Shown here one piece after another: positions 1-12,191 of a stretch of 64,000 nt of DNA (its first letter is position 1; each line of letters opens with the position of its first letter). The notes under the pieces are model-generated. The model saw only the letters and a list, made by a program, of their open reading frames with translations, had not been told where the DNA came from and ran no database searches. A program made the position numbers and the translations under genes. The DNA is from Takakia lepidozioides (lineage: Eukaryota > Plantae > Bryophyta): the NCBI GenBank assembly GCA_030704615.1, contig CM060732.1, forward strand, positions 9,176,001 to 9,240,000, written 5' to 3'.

Positions 1-3000
1 CGACAACAGGATCGAACCTCTCGTTTATGAAACATCCTCCCCCATGAAGCTCGAACTCAACCACTGTGGTGGGAGTCGACAGTGGATGTACCCTCACGAG
101 ACAGACGGCCTCAAATAGACGGGTCTGCGATGAAGAGGTCAATAATTAGTGAGAAATGTTTCATAGCACATCTGGGTGGGAGTGCAGATCCATTCCGGAT
201 GGAACGGGTTCAGAGTCATTGCTCATGCACCGCCAAAACTGAGTGCGCTGAAGCACTCAATTCAGGCAGTGCGAACAACATGACTTCATAACAGTCAGTA
301 CAGTGGAACTTCAACAGAGAAGGCATAAAAATAAAGTATTTGAAACGTACCTTCTGCCCTGGGCAATCCCCCTTTGTCAGATATAGGCTGTTGACACAAT
401 TCCAGGTCTTGATAATCCGCATCCCCGACGCTTTCAAGTAGCTTGCCAGCTCCCGACGACATCTCATCGTGACAGATTGTATGATAACAAGAACCCCTGC
501 ATCGGAAAGGAAAAACTTGCAAAAGGAAAACACCCAACTCCAATACCTCTCGTCAAATTTGTTCCATGTTGGGTAGGTGTCACTGGGCAGAATATCCGGG
601 ACTGGATGCCCGTCCGGAATGTCCACAATAACCATCTCCGAAGCAAACGGTTTCAGTGCACCATTCACCCAAGATTCCTTTCCCCTCCATGCCTGCAAGC
701 AATATAGCGTGTAAGAAGGGAAAGATGTTTTATAAGCGACCTTTCTGATCCGAGCAAAAAAAAAAACAAAGGAAACAAAACTCAAACACATGCATGATAA
801 TTGCTTACCGATTGGAGAAAAGCACAGAGCTTGTCCCATGTTTTGGAAGGATCACCACTGTAACTTGACTTCCTTGTCTCCATCATGGCCAGGAACCCGT
901 CGTTTACCAGCTCGCACATGCCCGCAAAAATGATTCTAGATGGGTGCTCCATTGCATCGTAGGGCTCTTTAAGACCCTTTTTCTTTCGGTCAGGCTTTAT
1001 GGCTGGGGGTGGGGTCTGCAGTGGCCCCGGTTGCACCACGGACTCCATCTCATTATCATTCGAAGTGTTTTTCTGCCCCTTTACCTTCCCTTTCCCCTTG
1101 TCCTTTCTAGGCTTGACTGGCGTATTTGGTGCAAGAGGCTCTTTCTCAGCCAATATCCTCAAGTTTCTCTCGTGCAACTCCTTGTCCGTCAGAGGGGCCA
1201 AGGCCTCTGCATTGTCGTTTTGATTTCGGGTCACAAGCTCAGACCAAGGGCATCCAGACCGTGGGATATCCATATACTAGCAACAGTCTCGAAGATGCGA
1301 GGTCCCGTAATCCTTCAAAATCCTTGCAGTGTACATTGTCTGAGCGTTGGATGGATCACACCATAGGTCAATAAAGTGCGGGTGTCGACTCAGGTTCTGG
1401 CCTGGAATGAGAACGTTTTTGATGTACCTACACAATCAAAACAGAGGGAATATTAGTGAGTGGGGAAAGTGTGAGATAATTGTTTAAGGACCCCTTGACT
1501 GAGTGCGCCAGCGCACTCAATTTTTGGTCTATCCAATCAGGCCCTACTTACAAGCCAGGGCAGGTGTGGTTCAGTACAGGATTGGATATTCGTATGTACA
1601 ATGAGAGCTTGGGAGACACAGAAGTGCCCACCCCTTTACTGAGTGCGTCAGCGCACATAGTTTTGGGACTGTTTATTCAAAAGAGCAGGGCTGCAACGAA
1701 ATCAAAACTTCGTGAGAAAAGAAAGAAGGGTGGGAAAAGAGTGTCAAGACGAACCTGTATAGAACCCTCTTCATGGCCTATTCTGATCCATGCTGCTGCT
1801 CGAAGTCGTTAGTGCGCGAGATGCCTCCCTCTTTGGCGAACTCCCTGAAGAAGCAAGTGCCGAAGCAAGCTGCTTTCCACTGGCGGACGTAGTCTTCTAG
1901 AGTATCCGTCGGTGGAGTCATAGTTATCTTGTAATCGTTCAGCTGTTTCTCCAGAACCAGCTGTGCCCGAGCCTCTATCTGCGCAAGAACAGTTCTACAA
2001 TTCAGAGAAAAGATGTTGAAGAAGAGTAAGTGACTTTTCCCGGTGCAATGCAGATTTGCAATGGAAATGGAAAAGGGAGAGGAAAAAACCTGTGCCCGGT
2101 ACGTGGCTTAGTGCAGCCACATATCAAGAACATGGTCACTGCATTGTTTTATGACTCCTGTTTCCTTGTTCTTCTCACTCTTTGGAAAGCAGTGGTTATC
2201 TTTCACTGTGGGGTCGGCGTTCCAAATCTCAAGCCATTTCACTACACAACGACAATGGACAGGCGATGAAGCTTCTCCTGCATCATTTCAGGCTTGGTGT
2301 TCACGTTCCAGTGGATCCTGACCTGATTCAAAGAACTTCGGGCCAAAAGCAGGGTCGGCTATTCTGAGTTGTTTCACGAACGCGCTCATGTAGTGCCTCT
2401 TCGCCACCTCCATCTCCTTGTTCATAGATTCTTCCACTCCTTTTGAGGATCGCTCCCCTGGGTCTTTTTTGGCATAGTACTCTGCTTTCCCTTTCTCTCC
2501 ATCCTCCGCAATCTCTTGCTGAACATTCCAGTATACAACTTATTAGTCAACTGGTTTTATGAATGAACAAGTAGACAGAGCTAGTGAAGGAATACTTACA
2601 GCGTACATGTAGTCACAGAAAAGCCTCCCTGGTGAGCTTGTACCATGTGTCGGCGGATTTGGAGGTCTCACACTTCTTGTAAGCCTCAGCACTGATAAGG
2701 TTTTTGAAGGTGACCAGTGGCATTTGGCCCACCTTCTGTATCCTGAATAGAGTGTGCACCAAATTTGTCGTCACGTGTGTACTTTCGGTTCCCCTGCAGT
2801 CCCAACAAACACTATGACTTCCTCCTTCACCAGGAAATACAAAACTGATAGAACAAATCGGAGAATTCTGTTGGCATGAAGGGTGAGCATTATACTTACT
2901 TGTTGATGTCATGCATAGCCGTAAGAAGTGCTGTGACGTTTCCTTTCGGATCCAGCACCATGGACGCCACAAGGTAGTGCCAGTCCTCGTCTGTGCTGTG

Positions 3001-3433
3001 ATATTTGTTTATGACGTTCATCCGGCCATGAAGCGGTGGTTGCCATCCCAAATATGAAACATTTTCCCGGAGAACACCTGTGTGGACATTCTCTCAAAAT
3101 CTGGGCTTCGAACTCCTCGTTTACTTCTCGCCATATTGGATCCCAGCTTTTGACAATTGACTCGTCCACCTTGGACACATCCCCGGTCAGGGCAGGTCGA
3201 ACGATTGGCATTGATATTAGGCGGCAGAGAGGGATCATGATCTTGCCTCTAGGTACCAGCATAGACTTGATCACCCGCGCGGAATTGACCTTCTGGTACA
3301 CAAGGACCTTTGCCGCTCTTTCTTCGTAGAAAGGATCGTCTTCTTCAACAGGCTTCTCAGTCACTTCTTCCTCCTGCTGCTGCTGCTTCTCAAGCTGCAA
3401 TCCTTTTCTTTTCCTCCCCTGCACCTCCCACAA
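1..3433 (-). pseudogene. Spliced ParB/Srx-like + beta-class amino-DNA-methyltransferase-like gene, copy 1 (runs off the window start)
   Basis: Manual translation across a frameshift gives ...PLCRLISMPIVRP...GKMFHIWDGNHRFMAG (DGNHR at 3033-3047). GT-AG introns lie at about 2899-2794, 1754-1428 and 350-125. The exons LEDYVRQW..FFRE..AMKRVLYR and MYTARILKDYGTSHLRDC..YMDIP match copy 3. The methylase-like exon reads MVIVDIPDG...WSWVFSFCKFFLSDAGVLVI, then TRLFEAVCLVR. In-frame stops are present. That the exons form one gene is inferred. Confidence 0.7.
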
Positions 3434-5002
3434 CTACAGCCTTTCCGTCATTCCACAGTTACATTTTCCTGATCTGGCACCTACAAGAATTGAGTGCGGT
3501 GGCGCACTCACTTTCGAGACTGACAAAGGATCGGAACAGACAAACATCAGTTCTCCAAAACTACACACATAACCCTCCTTTCCCGTCAACCTGAATTGAG
3601 TGCGGTGGCGCACTCATTTTTGGACACCTTCCATGACATCTAAGAAATCATGCTCATTGCAGGCACTCAGTCAATGGCTCCTTTGTCACTTCCTCTTCCA
3701 CATTGTGTACTTCATTCTATAGGCAGAAACTGAGGCAGAATCTTCATTCTAGACATCATCAAATCAACCATCTACAGGTGCTCAAAAAACTGAGTGTGCT
3801 GGCGCACTCATTTCTGGGAGCCCTCCACTCTGTCCTGCTTTCTCTTGTGAGCACACCTGGGTCGTTACCTCTATCCACGAAGATGGTCGACCTCACCTTA
3901 GAACTGAGTGCACCACCGCACTCAGTTTCAAGGTTATCGTTTCTGTCTATCTGAAAACTCAAAAGAGATCTCACTTTGAATGAAACACACTTTCTAACTT
4001 TCGTTTCACGTCTGTCATTTGCAAATTGACCATTCTATGGTGATCCAAAACTGAGTGCGGTGGCGCACTCAGTTTGGGAGCCATCCATTATGTCTGCCTA
4101 CTTCTGTTTTGAGTTCATTGGGCTCTTCATGTCTGTCCAAAAACATTGTCGATCACACCTCGGAACTGTGTGCGCCAACGCACTCAGTTTCCAGGTTAGA
4201 CATAATGTCATTCTCAGAACTCATAAGAGATCTCACTATGGAATAATCGCACTTTCTATCTACTGTTCACCTCAGTCAATAGCAACTCAATGATTCCATG
4301 GAGCTCAGAAATTGAGTGCGGTGGCGCACTCAGTTCAGGGTGACCACTCCAGTGTCACATGCATAACTGACGGCTTTACAAGGTTCCTTACTTTCTCGAT
4401 TGTTTGTTAGTCAAGCTGGAGAGCAGTGGGAGTGAGAGAGAAGACATAGTAAGAAGACGTAGAAGGCAGTCCCTTTACTTCACGAGTGTGAGAGAGAGGA
4501 AAAACGCGCGAGTCAGAATGAGAAAGTTGTGCAATCTGCAAAACGCTGATGAGCTGGTTGCACAGGATACGTCAACCCATGAATCACAACAGATCACAGA
4601 GCCGGTCCAGCCTGAAATGGAGGGAAGAATGGAAGGCGAGGAGACTGCCCCGGAGACCATTGTGCATGACATGGACATCGACACCACCACCGTCGGTGAG
4701 AAAGAAGCGACACCAGAGGAAGCTGTGAGGACGCAGCAAGATGAGGCATCGGGAAGTGGTGTCATAAAACCCAGGGTAATCCTTCTCCCAAACTGCATGA
4801 ATCTCGCTTGACTGTCGTACCAAGTGCATAGATAGGATACAAGAGATCCCTTGAAAACTGGGTGCGGCACCGCACTCAGTTTTGAGGGGAGCTCTATCAC
4901 TTCCATTGTAGGCCGAGGTGAATAACTAAGTCTTAGAGACAGCAGGATCTGAAACGGAAGCCTGAGAGGGACACGGAGAAACCGAGTGCGGTGGCGCACT
5001 CA
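240..5002. repeat. Dispersed 20-26 bp palindrome (AAC)TGAGTGCG-N4-CGCACTCA(GTT), about 12 copies
   Basis: Copies at about 240, 1500, 1640, 3491, 3597, 3791, 3905, 4052, 4167, 4313, 4859 and 4983. They lie in introns of gene copy 1 and in the region between the divergent ParB-MTase and RING genes. Confidence 0.9.
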
Positions 5003-5194
5003 TTTCAACTGGATGCTTGCCGATCGCTTGGGCATGAGGGAAAGAGGAAGGTGATGTTCACAGTTTAAGTCCCTATAACCCCCCAAATGGATCGATCTCA
5101 CTGGCTGCGGCTTATTGGGCGCCCCTAATGCCATCAATAAGGCCGAGTTCTTCAAATGTGGATGTTTTTTTGATTTGGATGAAATATTGCGCAC

Positions 5195-6422
5195 ATGAGG
5201 CATGCCATCGCCCTATCATACATGGAGTTTGCCTTCTTCAAAACGAAAACATACATAACGTCAGGAACGCAATGTCCGCGTTCATCCGGCGTTGGATATT
5301 TCCCGGGTTTCCCGAGGATGTCATCCGGCATTCATGAGGAATCACGGACGTGGATACCACAGAGCAATCCAGCGTCATGGGTAACAGATGGTACGGTGTG
5401 CACAATGTGCCTAAACCCTTACGAACCGGAGGGAGGCTATATGCTTGGTTCATGTGGCCATTTGTTCCACCCCACATGTCTCATATTGGCAGCCATGCAA
5501 GCCAGCCAATGCCCTGATTGCCGTGGACAAATCCATCGACGTTTCTACGAGATGTTTGGGTTGCAAGACAATATGCCCACGTGATACGAGTACAACCGGT
5601 ACAACATGCCATTGGATGTGGAGCCTTACAATTTTTTAAATTGTCAGTACTGGGGGGAGACAATGACATTGGATGCTCCAAGAGAGATGCACGCCTTGGC
5701 TGCCTTGACTAAATCTAGGGTTAAAGATCCGGTGACCTTTTGGGTGACATTCAACTGGGAAATAACCGTGCGTGCTAGAGGCATACGAGACCCAGTCCAA
5801 ATGGAGTTTTTTTTGCCGGAACTTGGGAGGGCATTGGAGCTGTACCAGACAAAGATTTTTCCGACTGCCTGAGGATCCGTGGGTGCCAACGGAAAACAAC
5901 CCATACAATCGCGAACCGATTGGGAGAGACCTATTTCTGAGGGAGTTGGAGGACGTTAGCATCCGTTGGGATGATATGAATGAGAGGTACTGGGTACCTC
6001 GTCGGGATGAAGGGCCACTTCCTCCAGAGTTGCGCAGAGTCCCCCAGCAGGAGGAGGTGTTGGACAATTTCAAGGCTGCCATCAGGAGTGTTGTTCGGTA
6101 TTGGCAGAAGACATGGCGTGACCAAGTTGCCCCTATTCCAGGGGTATTCTTGCCACTTCCAAACATACCGGATTTAATTAAAAAATTGCATGACGCCGTA
6201 GCAAGAGCAACAAACTCGGCTCTGGCAAATGTAGAAGAGAGTCAGCACTCGCCTGGAACGCTACGCATGATGGCAAGGGTGGACCAGACAACACTGGGTC
6301 CTTCCTTGACCACTCAAGCCCAGGCTCGAGCTCTCCGTACTGGTGGAGGCACGTCCTCTACACCCGGAGAATCTTCATCAACACCTGGAGATGAAGACAA
6401 CGAAGTAATTAATCTAGATTAA
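5195..6422 (+). pseudogene. RING-H2 finger protein with conserved unknown C-terminal domain, copy 1
   Basis: CTMC...CGHLFHPTC...CPDC is a C3H2C3 pattern. It is followed by FWVTFNWEITVRARGIRDP..FFCRNLGGHWSC..REPIGRDLFL. Stop at 5582 and a frameshift near 5810. Confidence 0.8.
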
Positions 6423-6524
6423 GATGACTATAAAGGCTAGAAACGTACGGAATAGGCAAAAGGTCTCAGATTGCGAAAACTTAAATGTGCAACCCACTGT
6501 ATTGTCTACGTAATTTTTGGAAAT

Positions 6525-9200
6525 ACGAGGTTCATCCTTTGAACCATTTTTTAATGACCTCATACTTGTTTGGTACCCGTTGACGGCACGTACAACATAC
6601 TCGCAAAGTTTCAAAACAATAAAAAATTGCTGAATGAAGAAACCATTGGTTCACCCATTGCAATATTTTAAATCGAACTCATACTTGTCCGGTACCTTAA
6701 AGAGGGCATGTACAATGCAATGGCAAAGTTTGAAAGCAATCAGAAATCATTTCATCAATTAACCATCGGTTCATCCTGTGAACCATTTTTTATTGATCTC
6801 ATACTTGTCCGGTCCATGTAAGAGGGCATGTAGAACATATTGGCAAAGTTTCAAATCATTCAAAATTTATTTGATCAAGGAACCTTTGGTTCATCCTTTT
6901 CACCATTTTTGATTGACCTTGTACTTGTCCCATCCCTATAAGAGGGCATATACAACGCAATGGCAAAGTTGCAAAACCATAAAAAATCATTTCATCAATT
7001 AATCATTGGTTCATCCTTTGAATCATTTTTTATTCGCGTCATACTTGTCCGGTTCTTCTAAAAGGGCATGTACAACACACTCGCAAAGATTGGAACCATT
7101 TGATGAAGGAACTGTTGGTTCACCCATTGAACCATTCTTTATTCACCTCATTCTTGTCGAGTACCTGTAACAGGGCATGTAGAACACACTTGCAAACATT
7201 GGAATGAATCAAATATCATTTGACCCCCGAATTACTCAAACGAGTAACGATTAATCACGAATAAATGAACAATAGACGAATAAATCATTTGCCTCCCCAT
7301 CGACGCGCTCACCCCTCAAGCCATTCCAAAATTTAATTGAATTTAAATTAATTTTAAGCCAATAAATAGGTTTGCACTGCCTTTCATTGGGGGTTTCTGG
7401 CACGTATCGATTTTGTTTTTGGCTCAATTTTGTTCTGCGGCTTCAAGCATCCCACCGCTACTCCCCCGCCAAAATTTGGACCAATCAAAAATGCCCCAAA
7501 AAAAAGGTGTTCTCTTTCGCTTTACTATTGCAGAACTCTCTATGAAGAGTGTATGAAGTAGAACACAAATCAAGTTTGGAGTGCAAAACAAGGAAGAAAC
7601 TGTGGTTTTGGATCCAAATGAATTTTGTTCGCTCCCAAATTTGGCACGCACATTGCATATGGAGTCATTACACGCCCCAGTAAAAAACGGAATGAAAAAA
7701 AAAACATGAGCACGCGAAACGCAGTCCAACAGGTCCCAAAGTAACAACAGATGCAACGGAATACATTCAATGGGTGAACGGATGGTTGCCCATCCAAATC
7801 ATTTTTGTTTGCTTCCAAACTTTGCCAATACGTTTGAGACACCTTCTCACATGTCCCGGACTAATATGAGATCAATCGAAATTCATTCAATGGCTCAACG
7901 GATGGTTGGCCATCGAAATGATTTTGGTTCGCTTTGAGACTTGGCCAGTATGTTCAATGTACCATGTAAGAGGCCCCAGAGTAATATGAGATCAATCGAA
8001 ATTTGTTCAATGGGCCAACGGATGGTTGCCCATCCAAATGATTTTCGTTCGCTTTGAGACTTGGCCAGTGTGTTCAATGTACCCTCTGATAGGTCCCAGT
8101 GTAATATAAGATCAATAGTTAACGATTAATCATGAATCATCCAACAGGGGAACTGTTGATTCACCCTTTGAACCATTTTACATTGACCTCATACTTGTCC
8201 GATAACTTTAAGAGGGCATGTACAAGACACTCGCAAAGTTTCAAATCAATCCAAAATCATTTGGCAGGGGAATGATTGGTTCACCCATAGCCAATTTCAA
8301 GGGCTGAAATTGCCATTTCAGAGGGTCGAATTGCCAATTTCAGGGGCTGGACTTGCAATTTGAGGGGCTGAAATTGCCATTTCAGGGGTTGGACTAGCAA
8401 TTGCCATTTCACAGGCTACAATTGCAATTTGAGGGGTTGGAATTAAATTTCAGGGGCTTGAATTGGGGTTGGAATTGACAATTTCAAGGGCTCAAATTAC
8501 AATTTGAGGGGCGGCTGGAGTTGGCCATTTTAGGGACTGGCATTACCAATTTTAAGGGCTTGAATTGCATTTTGAATTGTAACTCAAGGGTTAGAATGGG
8601 CCATTAGGGGGCTAGAATTACCAAAGCAATGACATCCAAAGCAGTGACATCCAAAGCAATATAAAACCATTTGATAGTGGAATGATTGGTTCATCTTTTC
8701 AACCATTTTTTTTATTCACGTCATACTTGTCCGGTACCTGTAAGCTTGCCTGTAAGAGGGCATGTGGCAGACACTTGCAAAGCTTCAAAGCAATGTAAAA
8801 TCATTTGATAGGGGAACAAGTGGTTCACCCTTTCAACCATATTTGACTGACCTCATACTTGTCCGGTACCTTTAAGATGGCATGTGAAAGACACTTGCAA
8901 AGCTTCAAAGCACTCAAAAATCATTTGATATATTCATGATTGATTCACCCTTTCAACCATTTTAAATCGACTTGAAACTTGTGACAAGACCTGTAAGAGG
9001 GCATGTACAAGACACTTGCAAAGTTTCAAATCAATTTAAAATCATTTGGTAGGGGGATGATTGGTTCACCCTTTAAACCATTTTATATTGATGTCATACT
9101 TCTCAAAGACGTGTAAGAGGGCATGTAGAAGACACTTGCAAAGTTTCGGAGCAATAAAATATCATTTCATCGGGGAAGTTTCCGTTCACCCTTTCATCCA
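6525..9200. repeat. 120-bp tandem repeat array (type A) interrupted by an inverted type-B segment and a short-unit repeat
   Basis: Units recur at exact 120-bp spacing (GGTTCATCCTTTGAACCATTTTT..CTCATACTTGTCCGGTACC..AGAGGGCATG..GCAAAGTTTCAAA) at 6525-7225, 8140-8290 and 8650-9200. Related type-B units lie in opposite orientation at about 7730-8115. An AATTTCAGGGGCTG-like short repeat occupies 8290-8620. Confidence 0.9.
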
Positions 9201-9589
9201 ATTTTGAATTGAACTGGATTTTTACTAAATCAAATGATTTAGAGGGCATAGGATTGTGGATTTGTGGGGCGCAATGATTCGGACAACGATCATGAACTAC
9301 CACGCTCTCAACACTCAGAAAAAGAAGCTATGCATCCAGAACTGTCGTGTGGACTTCTCAGTCGCTATAGGCCCAATGCCTCTGACCCAGGAGGTTTGAG
9401 CGCTCGGAGCTGCCATAACATCTGCGTCATGTACACTGTCACTCTTCAAGATTCGTGGGTGTGGTGCTTGATTATCCCATATGATGGACCCAGGTGCCAT
9501 GACCAAGTAACAAACCATTAAAACATTATGGTACGAGACAAACACAATTGAAAACAACATTTATTCAAACATGATGTATAGTAAGAGGT

Positions 9590-10813
9590 CTACAAGTTTA
9601 TATCCATCCTCCAGCAATTTTTGGGCTCAGACCAATTGAATAGCCCCGTCATGAAATGCTTCACAACATTTTCTAGTTTGTACCGCAACTCTACTGTGAG
9701 TTTCCAAGAGCCGAAGCAAAACAGATTCTAGTAGACATATCATTGAACAGGCTTGCATCGAACGTGTTACCCCCATTTATTGCCTGGGCTATCTTCCCAA
9801 TTGCAAAGGTCTCTGATGGCACGGTTAGAGGGGCCTACGAGGTGTGTCATCTAACTGGTTGTTGGCTACATTATAAACAATTGCAATTTCAGGTGCAATC
9901 CACCATCTATGTGCGAGAGTCTTTATCATCTTGTCTCTGTTCTCGAAAATGTACAACGTGGTTTTTGGGTCATCCGTCGTGGAGGCCATCCCCCAATCGC
10001 ATACCCCGATGTACACATCTTTAGACCCTTGTGGAAAATGCAACAATATGTTGTCGGGGGACATGTCGTTGAGGTGGTGATTATGGACATTGAGCATGAT
10101 GTGCAAAAGCGCCCATGCCAATTGGGTGCGATTCTGTCGGAATCGAACCAGTCGGTTGACCTCCTGCATTTCCTGTCCGTCCCCCGTCGTTCCATTAACT
10201 CCCTGTTATCCCGATCAATCCCCCATTTCTTGTCAATACTCAACCATGATCGTATGGTCCCCCCAATCCAGTACCAATGTGTATAACCTTCATTTTGACG
10301 TGGATGCAACGCAAAATACTTTATGATGCCGAAATGATGGAACTTTACAGCCAACGCCTCATTGTTATGTTGGACTTTGGCAAGATCAGCATTTATTTCC
10401 CTGGGCGTTTTCCCTACTAGCTCCCAGGATGGAGGAATGAATTGATCCCCAACAATTCTAACCCTCCAAATTGTACCATACCCTCCATGTTTGGGCGCGT
10501 CGAGTTGTTGTACCTGTGCGTTTGTGGATATGTATCTCACGTTCAATGTCGCATCCGCGGACGAGGACCCTGCCTTCCATGGGAGTGGTTTTGTACGTCG
10601 TTTGGCGTGGGCCTTTGCCATGTCAAACCACCAATCCAAAAGCACAAACAACTCCTCCTCCGAAGTTGGCATGCAACCTTCAGCTACAGGTGTTCTCGTA
10701 ACAAACTTTTCCATGGTTTGCCTCAGATTCCATGTGGCATCATGGGCCCGGTCCTCCATCCATTTCATGAACTGGAACTTCGCCCTGTCCTCCTTCCATT
10801 CATCCCCGGCCAA
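9590..10813 (-). pseudogene. Atypical Ser/Thr-type protein kinase with unique N-terminal domain, copy 1
   Basis: Gly-loop HGGYGTI, VGK lysine, catalytic loop NDMSPDNILL, DWG in place of DFG, and RWWIAPE. Frameshifts present. Confidence 0.8.
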
Positions 10814-10834
10814 AGCATGTCCGGAAACATTGCT

Positions 10835-11090
10835 TCGAATGCAGTGTCAGGGGGTTCCTCGGGGAGTGGGTGTAAAGGTAGGAAGCGTAAACATGCACAT
10901 GAATACGACAGTCAGGTCAACAAAAAAGACTATCCAAGCGCAGAGGCCGCGAAGGGGGTGAAGCAAGTAGTGCTGGATTATTTGAAGGACAATGACATAA
11001 TGCGTTTGAATCTTTTGTATGTCCGACATGGGAATGAGGGGTTTCTTAGATTCCAACACAATATGGAGATGAGAATGAGGGAGGAGCGAA
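10835..11090 (+). pseudogene. N-terminal segment of kinase copy 1, locally inverted
   Basis: RKRKHAHEYDSQVNKKDYP..VKQVVLDY..MRLNLLYVRHG..QHNMEMRM on the + strand matches the in-line N-terminus of kinase copy 2 (RKRKCAH*RDSHVNKQDYP..VKEVVVDY..MRLESAYVRHG..QQNMERKM, 57715-57930, - strand). Confidence 0.75.
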
Positions 11091-11254
11091 ACATGGAATT
11101 CACAAGATGCACCTTGCTCTCCGCCAGCAGCTCCAATTTATAGACGTGCTCATTCATAACAGGGTGAGTGCAGAATTAGGTGGCTCAAAAACGGCAGATG
11201 TGACCTCCAAAAAAATACTTCAAAGATGAAGCGCGTTCGATTCGGCATCAAGTC

Positions 11255-11513
11255 TTGCGTCCACCGCCTATGCTGCCGGATCATGAAAATGAACCCGAGT
11301 ACGAGGTAGAACCAGTGTTTAAGTCAAGGAGGTTCAAGAATCAAGAAATAGAGTATCTCGTGAAATGGAAGGGCTATCATCAAGTGGATGCAACTTGGGT
11401 GCGTGCCTCAGAAATGGGAAACGCACCGGAGGCGGTTCAAGCTTTCGAAGGGCAACCTCAAAAGCGGAAGAAGCGTTGATGGGGACATCAACCTTAGATT
11501 GGGGGGGAAGAAA
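11255..11513 (+). mobile_element. Chromovirus (Ty3/Gypsy) integrase C-terminal chromodomain and polypurine tract
   Basis: PPPM..EYEVE..KSRR..EYLVKWKGY..DATWV..MGNAPEAVQAF, followed by GGGGGGGAAGAAA and then TG. Confidence 0.85.
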
Positions 11514-12191
11514 TGCATGTTTAGTCCGGCTTGGTTAGCTCAGGAATCTGATTGCAAAGACTTGTGTTGTACATATCTTGTTTATAAAGAAACCGTTTCC
11601 CAAATGTGTTGTTTCATATTTTGTCTTGATGATATGATATTTTGTTACTTTGTAGTGTGGGCTATATGGAAGCTACGTGCTTCCATTCACGTACTATAAT
11701 CGTGTAACCTCGGGACGAAGTCTTAGTGCGACTTTGGCGTGTTCCCGTACCTCAGGCCAACTTCTCAAAGCGGGCTCAATTATAGTGATTGGGGCACACG
11801 GTTAGTTCAAGGTTATCTTCCTAGTCAAAGGGGTTTAAGGCAAACCCTTGCTCAAGGTGATGCCAAAAAAACCGGCATCATGAGCGGTCGCAAGCAAATA
11901 TTGTTGCAGTAAGGCGATTCGATCCTCGGGGAGGATCGTACTTTGGCATGAAGAGGGCCAAAAAGAGTGCACTGGGTGGAGCTTGGGAAGCTCCACCCCT
12001 TGGCCGTGACTTGGGAAGTCGGCCGAACTAGCTAGTGGGGAGTAAGAGTCAAGTGGGGGTTTGGTTCTTTGCCATGAGATGCCATGGCACGGAAACAAAC
12101 TCCTTGATGTGGAATGCCACAACTTGGATGTTAGTTTCCACAAGAAGGGACAAGTCGATGAGGACATCAACTCCTTGTTGGTAGAGATGTG

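Noticed and set aside
11255-11479. Chromodomain as part of the methylase/kinase module (as in the bdelloid N4CMT fusion)
   Set aside because: It is preceded by an integrase-type PPP linker and followed by a polypurine tract, typical of a chromovirus; it is not linked to a methylase exon.
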